DNA of 64,000 nt. Source: Macrostomum lignano. Taxonomy: Eukaryota. The position numbers and the translations under genes are program-made. Each line of letters opens with the position of its first letter. Within the stretch, counting starts at the first letter, position 1. The stretch lies in the NCBI GenBank assembly GCA_002269645.1, contig NIVC01000202.1, positions 671,131-735,130 of the forward strand, in the 5' to 3' direction. Positions 40,228 to 50,860 of this stretch are shown in pieces. The notes below the pieces were generated by a model. It was not told where the DNA came from. It made no database searches and worked only from the letters and a program-made list of their open reading frames with translations.

Positions 40228-43200
40228 ACCTGGGGAACTGCTGCTCGGCAAAATGAAGTTATAGCCTCTCCTTCTTTATCCGCCGCCGTCGCCCTTATCA
40301 TCGGGGACCGAGAGAGGCCGCCATGGGGAGGTGGGTGCGCGGGCTAATCCGACAAACTATGGGCTGGCCATGGGAGCGAAGGGAAGCAGAAGGCAACGAA
40401 CTGGCCGCCGGGATCCCAGGGATTAGCCGCTGGGGCTGCCGCTGCTTATCCCGAGACCAGTCCTGAGCCGCAAGACTTCACAGGGTGTTGGGGCGCTTCA
40501 GCCAGGCATGAATATTTTCTGCTGCTTCCACAAGTTCCTCTGTTACCTATTTGAGCATGGCAAGCTTCAAATTTGCTTAGTGCGGATCCTATCGCGTTGA
40601 AAGGTTTGAGAGGCATTGCTGCCCATTCTGAAGACTCCCCTGAGCAGGCACACAAGCGCGCGGATACGTACGCAGTCCTACGCACAGGCACACACTCACA
40701 CAGGAGTGTACAGCGGCCCTAACTTTATATTATCGTTAGGCATGTACACTTCACTGCGCCTTGGGGGTTGGCCTTCAAGGGTGTTAATTGCACGAGCAGA
40801 GCCAAATGAATGCGACTGCACTTGGAATCGAGCCTGGGCCGCTGGCACATCAGAGCGCCGTTTACTTGAAGTTTACTTACACAAGCGCCACTCCCTCAGC
40901 TGCTACCAGGACTACATCTCTCTGAAGAACATAGTGCAAGGCCGGCCAACTCTGCTAATGGAGAACGCCTGTGGCTCAGCTAAGATTGGAACCATCATAT
41001 CGGCCAGTAACTGGGTGCAGCTGAGATTCCACAGCTCGCAGATCCGATGGGAAGAGTACAGGGGCTTCCAGCTTAAGTATCACTTCATTCGCATTGGTGA
41101 GTATTGCGGATAAAATTGCAATCTAAATGTATTTACACTCTAGTTGAATGAATAAATCAATCAAATTCGTTGGTGACCCATCTGAGTGTCTATATTTCAT
41201 CTGGATTCATAACTTATCCAATCCTACCGGTATGACTCATCTAGTTCTGTCAATCATTTGGCTCTCTAGCTCATCCGGGTCGCTGGCTTATCTGAAGCTA
41301 TGACTCATCTGTGTCTATGACTCGTCTGGGTCTCTAGCTCATCTGAGTTTCTAGCTCATCTGGGTTTCTAGCTCATCTGAGTCTCTGACTCATCTGGGTC
41401 TCTGCCTCATCTGGATCTCTAACTCACCTGGGACCATAACTCATCTGTGTCTATGACTCGTCTGGGTCTCTAGCTAATCTGGATCTCTAGCTCACCTGGG
41501 ACTATTACTCATCTGGGTCTATGGCTCATATGTGTCTATGACTCCTCTGGGACAATGACTCGTCTGGGTCTCTAGCTCATCTGGGTCTCTAGCTCATCTG
41601 GGTTTCTAGCTCATCTGCGTCTCTAGCTCATCTGAGTCTACGACTCATCTTGGTCTATGACTATCTAAATCTCTGACTCAATCTGGGTCTATGACTTATC
41701 TAAATTTCTGACTCGTCTGAGTCATCTGACTGACTCATCTCAGTATCGGTCAATCAAGTTGATAAAAATCGAATGAATCGCTACTTCTCCCATCCCCCCG
41801 AACCAATCAGAGGATCTCGCCAGAGCCGAGAACAATGACCCCCGCTGCGGCAAAGATTTCTACAGCGGCGCCTCCGGCGTCATCAGCTCGCCCAGCTTCC
41901 AGGGCTACCCATCCACCGTGGCCGACAATGTCCGATGCGCCTGGATCATCCAAGTGCCAGAGAACTGGCAAATTCTGCTAACCCTGACCAAATTCAACTT
42001 CGGCAAAGCAGGTGATTAGCGGGATTTGTCACTTCTAGCACAGCTGAAGCCTCACAAACTGGCGTAAAAACATCTTATTAACGGTAGCTGCCATGCTTGC
42101 CTTGACAGTCATAAATCACTCCTGGTGACCTCGATAATTCAGGCTGACTTAGCATTGGTATCGTGATGTCGCCCTCACTTCCTGGAGCAGGGAATTCGCA
42201 TCGTATGCGCAGGATTGTTGAGCAGACTCCTGCTTGCCTCCGCCCTCTGCCTGCTCAATTCTGACTCCTTCCCTCTCTCTCTCTCTCAGCAGCATTTTTG
42301 CTATTCAAGCTCTACACGGGCTCACAAAGCCCCGGCTGCGGAGGGGAGGGACGCCATGGCGGTCTCCAGAGGAAGTTGTCGGTCCAAGCTTGTTTGGCAT
42401 CGATAGCTGCTGATCTGATGAACTCTCGGAACTCTTTTCTACTGCTGCTTCTAGGAGTGGATTTTCTTTTAAAAGTGCAAAGCATTGATTAAGATTGATG
42501 CCGCCCAGAATATGCTACAAAATAAAGGGATTCATTAAATTGGCTATATTAGTGAGTCAGTCAGTCAGTCACCCACTCACTCAAGTCAGTCAGTCAGTCA
42601 GTCAGTCAGTCAGTCAGTCAGTCAGTCAGTCAGTCAGTCAGTCAGTCAGTCAGTCAGTCAGTCAGTCAGTCAGTCAGTCAGTCAGTCAGTCAGTCAGTCA
42701 GTCAGTCAGTCAGTCAGTCAGTCAGTCAGTCAGTCAGTCAGTCAGTCAGTCAGTCAGTCAGTCAGTCAGTCAGTCAGTCAGTCAGTCAGTCAGTCAGTCA
42801 GTCAGTCAGTCAGTCAGTCAGTCAGTCAGTCAGTCAGTCAGTCAGTCAGTCAGTTAGTCAGTTAGTCAGTCAGTTAGTCAGTCGCAATCATCCCAAACTA
42901 CCAACTGCAGCCTCCAGCTGCTCGGCTGCCAACATCTCCGTGTTCGACGTTTTCCCAACGGCGTCGAAAACGCCGAAAGACAGATTCTGCGCGTCGACGC
43001 ACTATCCGGAGTCAATCGTGAGCGAAGACCGGATGCTTTTTATCAGGTGAGTCACCGTCTGCGATGTAGTTTGAAAAGTGTGACCTTCAATTGGCGCTAC
43101 AGCTCTCTCAGGTCCTTCAGTTGGAGCCACAACTCTCTCAGGCCCTTCAGTTGGCGCTACAGCTCTCTCAGGTCCTTCAGTTGGAGCCACAACTCTCTCA

Positions 43201-46200
43201 GGCCCTTCAGTTGGCGCTACAGCTCTCTCAGGTCCTTCAGTTGGAGCCACAACTCTCTCAGGTCCTTCAGTTGGAGCTACAACTCTCTCAGGCCTTGCAG
43301 TTGGCGCCACAACTCTCTCAGGCCTTGCAGTTGGCGCCACAACTCCCTCAGGTCCTCTGGGATCTTCATAAATGAGCTCTCTAGCATTTCACACTGTTGA
43401 TTCCTTCGCCCTATTTCCAAACAAGCTAGCTTCTCCTAAATGGGAATTCTACTTTAAGCGCCGCGGACTTCATGATTTCATTATGAGCGCCGTTTATTCT
43501 CAAGTCCTTCGCTTCCAATTTTCCTTCTCAGACCCGGGGATTAGACAGCAAAGGAATTAAAAAAAGCCTGCGGGAGGACTGAGAAAGCGGAGGGGAGACA
43601 AAAAATCCACCCCGGCTTCCTGGCCCTCCCACCCGGTGTCTCCGTCGGGGCTGAGCTTTCAGCTTTCTCAGGCCTTCAGCTTGGAGCAGAGGACTCTGTG
43701 CTCGCGCATACGGCAGCGCACAGGGATAGGACCCTCCGACCAGCCACCGCCCTGGGGGGGGGGCGAGGCAAGTTTTTTATTTGAATATTCTTCTTCTGCA
43801 ATCCCCTGTGTGCCTTCCAGTTGCCCCGGGCCGGTAGCTGGGGGCTGACTTTTGGCGCCCACCTCCCCAATTTGAGCAGCGGGGAGTCGGTGGTTAATTA
43901 AAAATCTCGCTCCCGTCCTTTTATAGACCCAGCAACAACTGTGCGGAACTCCCACTGCGGCGTCACGGCGTCCAGGGCGGGCTTAGCGAAGAAATTAGCC
44001 TTATTTATAGGATTTATGGCTATAGATACGCTGCTCAAACAATTGCCTTTTCTTTGGGAGCTTTCTGCAATTATTGAGAAGCAGCAGGTGTGAAGGCGAA
44101 CTTTATAATTTATGAGTTGCAGAAAAAATCACGAATTGGCAATGTGTAGAGCGGGGGGACGTGCCGAACACATTGCTTTTGTAGTCAGACTTTGAGACCA
44201 GAAAGTACAAAAAACAATTTCAGATTCTTTGGTGAAGCGAAGTCGTTAGAAGCGCAGTCGAGCTTTGAGCTAATGTTCACGGCAACGCTGAAAGATCATC
44301 AGGATTCAGGTGAGCTCTGCAGAGATTATGCCAGTGTCTTTCACTCCTCGGTAAACTGGTGTCTTTCACTCCTCGGTAAGCTGGTGTCTTTCACTCCTCG
44401 GTAAGCTGGTGTCTTTCACTCCTCGGTAAGCTGGTGTCTTTCACTCCTCGGTAAGCTGGTGTCTTTCACTCCTCGGTAAGCTGGTGTCTTTCACTCCTCA
44501 GTAAGCTGGTGTCTTCCACTCCTCGGTAAGCTGGTGTCTTTCACTCCTCGGTAAGCTGGTGTCTTTCACTCCTCGGTAAGCTGGTGTCTTTCACTCCTCG
44601 GTAAGCTGGTGTCTTTCACTCCTCGGTAAGCTGGTGTCTTTCACTCCTCGGTAAGCTGGTGTCTTCCACTCCTCGGTAAGCTGGTGTCTTCCACTCCTCG
44701 GTAAGCTGGTGTCTTTCACTCCTCGGTAAGCTGGTGTCTTTCACTCCTCGGTAAGCTGGTGTCTTTCACTCCTCGGTAAGCTGGTGTCTTTCACTCCTTG
44801 GTAAGCTGGTGTCTTTCACTCCTCGGTAAGCTGGTGTCTTCCACTCCTCGGTAAGCTGGTGTCTTCCACTCCTCGGTAAGCTGGTGTCTTTCACTCCTCG
44901 GTAAGCTGGTGTCTTCCACTCCTCGGTAAGCTGATGTCTTTCACTCCTCGGTAAGCTGGTTTCTTTCACTCCTCGGTAAGCTGGTGTCTTTCACTCCTCG
45001 GTAAGCTGGTGTCTTTCACTCTTCGGTAAGCTGGTGTCTTCCACTCCTCGGTAAGCTGGTGTCTTTCACTCCTCGGTAAGCTGGTGTCTTTCACTCCTCG
45101 GTAAGCTGGTGTCTTTCACTCCTTGGTAAGCTGGTGTCTTTCACTCCTTGGTAAGCTGGTGTCTTCCACTCCTCGGTAAGCTGGTGTCTTTCACTCCTCG
45201 GTAAGCTGGTGTCTTCCACTCCTCGGTAAGCTGGTGTCTTCCACTCCTCGGTAAGCTGATGTCTTTCACTCCTCGGTAAGCTGGTTTCTTTCACTCCTCG
45301 GTAAGCTGGTGTCTTTCACTCCTCGGTAAGCTGGTGTCTGTCACTCCTCCGTAAGCTCATCACCATTTACTCATTATCTGTCAATCATCACCTTTCAATC
45401 ATCACCTGTCACTCATGAACTTTGACTCGTCACCTATCAATAATCACCTGTCAATCATCACCTGTCACTCGTGAACTTTGACTCGTCACCTGTCAATCAT
45501 CACCCGTCAATCATCACCTGTCACTCGTGAGCTTTGACTCGTCACCTGTCAATCATCACCCGTCAATCATCACCTGTCACTCGTGAGCTTTGACTCGTCA
45601 CCTCTCTTTATCGCCTATCAATCATCACTCCCTTACAGCCGCTTGCCCGGGCTACCTATGCCGCGGTGCTGTGCAATGCCGCGACTCAGCGGGCCTCAGC
45701 TGCACCCGGCTGCCCAGGTACTGCCTTCATCCAAGCGCCAGATGCGACGGCCGACAGAGCTGCTCGCATATTGAGACCTCGGATGAAGAGGACTGTGAGT
45801 GACAGCAGAGGCTGGGAAGTTTTGGGTTTTGAGTGGTATTGCTACGTGGCTTATTCAGAAAGGTATGAATTCTGATTTGGTGTTGTTGTGAAGTTTGTAA
45901 TGTAGGGTGGGCGTTTTGGATTGATCGGCCTGGGGTGTGTGTTTTGGGTTGGATGTGTTTTGAGGTGGGTGTTGTGGTTCGAGGGTTTTGGCGTCTGTGG
46001 TGGTTGGTGTGGGTGGGTATCGTGGATTGTATGCTGCGGCCTCTGAGTCAGTGTGAAAACGCCAAGAACTAGCTGGTATTGATGGTGGACGGTGCAGTAA
46101 TCGGTGTCGGAAATGGCATAAGGCAGGAGGCATAGTAGGCAGACGAGGTCTTTCATACGGTAGCCATACCTGTAGTGCTCAGTCAATGAGCCGCTGCTCT

Positions 46201-46983
46201 CAAACCCCAGGCGTTCCCTGGCACTACATTGCCGGCGTGGCCACCGGCTCCGTCTGCAGCGCCGTCATCCTCGGACTCTCCGCCGTCCTAATTTGCTTCC
46301 TCTGCCGCGGTCGCAGACGCCGACAGATGCGTCGACGCCAGGCAGCGGCCGACGGCTCAACGTCGGGCGCTAGCAGCTCTGGCGCGGCCTCAACCTCGCA
46401 GCCGACGTCGCCAAGACAGCAGCAGCGTCAGCAGCGGCACAAAGCCTTTGTAGCATCCAACGGATCGACGCGGAAGAAGGCCTCGGCCGCCGCCAAGTCC
46501 TCGCTGACGGACCTGGAGATGACATCCGTGATGAGCGGCCCGGCCGCGACGGCGGCAGCTCGGGCTGAACCGGCCCTGAAGCCAATTCTCAAGCTGACGT
46601 TCTCGGACGATCTCGGCCACGAGCGCAGCCTCCGCTTGGCTTCATCGCCCGTCGGCAGCCCCATTCTGGGCGTCCCTCAGCCGGCCGCGGGCCAGAGCCA
46701 GGGCGAGCCACCTGCCAGATTCGCCCGGGTCTCCAACCACTACGCCTGCTCGGTGCTGGACCCCGCCCAGCCCGTGCGCTACACCCCCGCGCCCGGCAAC
46801 TCGCGGCTCCGGCACGCCGCCCTCAGCCCGGTCGGGCCCGCTTTTCCCGACGCCGCCGCCTCCCACTCCGGCTCGGCGGCTGCCGAGGACGGCTACACCA
46901 GGAAGAATTCCTATTGCAAGATTGTCGAGGAGGAGAGTGACCACAGGGAGAGCGACTCGGAGGGTGGCGGGTCCCTGTTTTAG
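30723..46983 (+). CDS. Type-I membrane protein: signal peptide, 3 CUB, LDLa, TM, cytoplasmic tail (Neto/SOL/LEV-10-like), 755 aa
   Basis: Exons 30723-30894, 31653-31827, 37448-37641, 39433-39610, 40900-41096, 41811-42011, 42911-43046, 44224-44309, 45639-45794 and 46211-46983; all GT-AG, phases 1,2,1,2,1,1,2,1,1, total 2268 nt. CUB motifs (GELKSPNY...C; GVIKSPGY...DCTYDI; GVISSPSF...RCAWII; GFRIRY, GFQLKY), LDLa RCDG..SC....SDEEDC, TM YIAGVATGSVCSAVILGLSAVLICFLC, C-terminal -SLF. Confidence 0.9.
30920..31585. repeat. 36-bp minisatellite (CUB gene intron 1)
   Basis: Unit GTTGTTGAATGTCCTGCGGCTGTGGGTGTCTGTGAT with a TGTGTCTCTTTATT variant, about 18 copies. Confidence 0.95.
31990..32400. repeat. 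20-bp minisatellite (intron 2)
   Basis: Unit GGTTATGTCAGGTCATTTTC, about 20 copies. Confidence 0.92.
32400..32575. repeat. 23-bp minisatellite abutting the 20-mer
   Basis: Unit TGCACTCATTCTCCAATGAGATG, about 7 copies. Confidence 0.88.
34200..37320. repeat. 7-bp pyrimidine-rich satellite (CCCGTCT/CCCATCT)n, two blocks
   Basis: Degenerate block ~34200-34680 and a near-perfect ~2-kb block ~35250-37320, separated by unique sequence. It produces the spurious 700-aa SHLP/GDGRRE ORFs. Confidence 0.97.
37645..37990. repeat. 34-bp pyrimidine-rich minisatellite (intron 3, directly after donor)
   Basis: Unit CTCCCTCCCACCTTCACCTCACTCTC(G/A)CCTGCAT, about 7-8 copies, decaying. Confidence 0.88.
38478..38701 (+). 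mobile_element. CORE-SINE copy 4 (3'-truncated)
   Basis: GGGGTTGTAGCCTAGTGGTCAGAGCG...GGTTCGATTCTC head, then CORE-like body. Confidence 0.87.
38886..39197 (-). mobile_element. CORE-SINE copy 5, full length with 10-bp TSD
   Basis: Flanked by direct repeats TTCAGTTTCT at 38876-38885 and 39198-39207; AT-rich tail and 3' hairpin present. Confidence 0.92.
40146..40226. repeat. (GA)n microsatellite (intron 4)
   Basis: About 40 GA units. Confidence 0.95.
41215..41740. repeat. Degenerate ~17-bp repeat (intron 5)
   Basis: Unit CTGGGTCTCTAGCTCAT and variants fill most of the intron. Confidence 0.8.
42552..42884. repeat. (AGTC)n microsatellite (intron 6, ends ~25 nt before acceptor)
   Basis: About 80 units. 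Confidence 0.96.
43085..43352. repeat. 30-bp minisatellite (intron 7)
   Basis: Unit TTGG(C/A)GC(T/C)ACA(G/A)CTCTCTCAGG(T/C)CCTTCAG, about 9 copies. Confidence 0.92.
44333..45355. repeat. 25-bp minisatellite containing G|GTAAG (intron 8)
   Basis: Unit GTCTTTCACTCCTCGGTAAGCTGGT, about 41 copies. Confidence 0.96.
45360..45630. repeat. 14-bp-based repeat before exon 9 acceptor
   Basis: TCACCTGTCAATCA units interspersed with CACTCGTGAACTTTGACTCG. Confidence 0.75.
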
Positions 46984-47400
46984 AGGAAACCAGAGAGTAT
47001 TTTTGCTATGTACTCATTTAGCATTGAAAGCCTCCATCCTGAATTAGAAGTGTAGTGAGCTGAAGTTCAATGCTCTAGGGTGGCTGATCTCAATGTTTCT
47101 GAGTATATATACTTTCACCCAGACACACTAGATATTAATTTCTCATCTTTATCATTGCATTAGTAGCGTGCAAAAAGGTAAAAATACTGACATCTCTGCT
47201 GGGCAAAATGCATATACAGTGCACTTAATTATGTATAGCTGAGTTAAATAATGGCTTGCCGAAACACAAGTTCGCGAGTTTTGTAGTCTTTGTTTAACAA
47301 AGCTGCATGCTAAACAATATATGCTAATAAATCGGAAGTTAAGCAGAGTTAGTTGCGTTTAGTAGAGCCCGCACAGAGTCAGTACTGTAAAATTTCAGTG

Positions 47401-47722
47401 GGGGTTGTAGCCTGGTGGTTAGAGCGTGAGACTCGCGACTGAAAGGTCGGGGGTTCGATTCTCGACTCACTTGGAACAATTTGTGTCCTTGAGCAAGACA
47501 CTTAACTCTGCATTGCTTCAGTTCACCCAGCTGTAAAATGGGTGCCAGCATTAGCTGGGGTAATTGAGGGTGTGTGGCGACCCCCCCCCCCCCAGTCCTT
47601 GGACTGAACAGCCGTACGCAGCCTTCAGATGCGCCGCGCAATAGCTGCGGCTGAGCTGTCGGTTGCACATCTGCCCATTAGGGCAGTTATTATTTTTATT
47701 ATTATTATTATTATTATTATTA
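47401..47722 (+). mobile_element. CORE-SINE copy 6, full length with (TTA)n tail
   Basis: tRNA-like head; CORE segment TTGTGTCCTTGAGCAAGACACTTAACTCTGCATTGCTTCAGTTCACCCAGCTGTAAAATGGG; hairpin CTGCCCATTAGGGCAG; (TTA)n tail. Confidence 0.92.
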
Positions 47723-47994
47723 AAGAATCATAATGTTTGTGTTCTGATGACTCAAAACATTTCGACAGACTATTGATGGAGTTCGGGCCTATTAAAAGCA
47801 AAATCCAGCTCTTGATCCGATTGTCATTAAGAATGAAAGGCTGGAATTCTGCTCAGCGAATGTCGATTCGAGAAACTGTGATTACCCTGAATTCCTGTAA
47901 ATAAACTGTATGCGGATTGAGGAACCATTGCCAGACTTGCTGCTGAAATACTCTGTTATTTTAAAACAATGCAAACGTCAAACTGGTTTTTTGT

Positions 47995-48962
47995 CATGCT
48001 GTCATGCTGTCGTGATGTCATGCTGTCATGCTGTCATGCTGTCATGCTGTCATGCTGTCATGCTGTCATGCTGTCATGATGTCATGCTGTCATGATGTCA
48101 TGCTGTCATGCTGTCATGCTTTCATGATGTCATGCTTTCATGCTGTCATGCTGTCATGCTGTCATGCTGTCATGCTGTCATGCTGTCATGCTTTCATGCT
48201 GTCATGCTGTCATGCTTTCATGATGTCATGCTTTCATGCTGTCATGCTGTCATGCTTTCATGCTGTCATGCTGTCATGATGTCATGCTGTCATGCTGTCA
48301 TGCTGTCATGCTGTCATGCTGTCATGCTGTCATGCTGTCATGCTGTCATGCTTTCATGCTGTCATGCTGTCATGCTTTCATGATGTCATGCTGTCATGCT
48401 GTCATGCTGTCATGCTTTCATGATGTCATGCTGTCATGATGTCATGCTGTCATGCTGTCATGCTGTCATGCTGTCATGCTGTCATGCTGTCATGCTTTCA
48501 TGCTGTCATGCTGTCATGCTTTCATGATGTCATGCTTTCATGATGTCATGCTTTCATGATGTCATGCTGTCATGCTGTCATGCTGTCATGCTGTCATGCT
48601 GTCATGCTTTCATGCTGTCATGCTGTCATGCTTTCATGATGTCATGCTGTCATGCTGTCATGCTGTCATGCTGTCATGCTGTCATGCTGTCATGCTTTCA
48701 TGATGTCATGCTTTCATGATGTCATGCTTTCATGATGTCATGCTGTCATGCTGTCATGCTGTCATGCTGTCATGCTGTCATGCTTTCATGCTGTCATGCT
48801 GTCATGCTTTCATGATGTCATGCTGTCATGCTGTCATGCTGTCATGCTGTCATGCTGTCATGCTGTCATGCTGTCATGCTGTCATGCTGTCATGCTGTCA
48901 TGCTGTCATGCTGTCATGCTTTCATGATGTCATGCTGTCATGATGTCATGCTGTCATGCTTT
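47995..48962. repeat. 8-bp satellite (TCATGCTG)n
   Basis: About 120 units with TCATGCTT/TCATGATG variants. Confidence 0.96.
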
Positions 48963-49634
48963 CTGGAAGCTGGGAAGGTAAGAAGAACTGCGATATCACT
49001 CAAAAAATCGGAAGCAAAATTATGTTTCCAAAAATATTTGCATATCTCTGACGCGCTGTTTTCTTTGTTCCTGTAGTATTGCAGACCTCACCTAAAACAG
49101 ACTGCAAATGAAGAGCTTCGCTGTGCCTGCAATTCCATGAAAGCGAAATCCGCCAGCTACCGTACCTGAACCTACGAAGTGCGCCGCTGTCTCTCTCTAA
49201 CTGCCATTTCTCTCGCTGATTTATGAGCCTGCAGTTGGAATTGCTTTTTTATCTGCTGGCTATGCGGAATGGCTGGGAATCTGGCATCGAAGCCCGGACC
49301 GAACTGCGGAGACTGAATGGGGAACCTATAGGTGAAAACCGGCTTCATCCTGCGGCACTCTGAAATCCGCTGCACCCCTGTGCACTCACAGCCTAATTGT
49401 CTCCGCACTGCACTCCAATGCAACACGATGGACTCCATTTTTTCTTCTCGATTCGAACTGAATGAATTCTGAATGAGTCTCTTGCTTTGGGATATGGAAA
49501 ATGGCACGCACCTGCGGGAAGACGGACAGAAGGCACAAAAGGCATGGCATGCTCCGACTGTGAGACAGCTAAGTTTAGTAATCATTATTGCATGCTGTGG
49601 GACTACGGTGAAAGAAATGCTATGGTTAAAAAAG

Positions 49635-50860
<1,226 letters not shown>

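Noticed and set aside
40616-40899. Upstream part of ORF 40616-41113 as coding
   Set aside because: Phase requirements put the true acceptor at 40899/40900, so the upstream part is intron.
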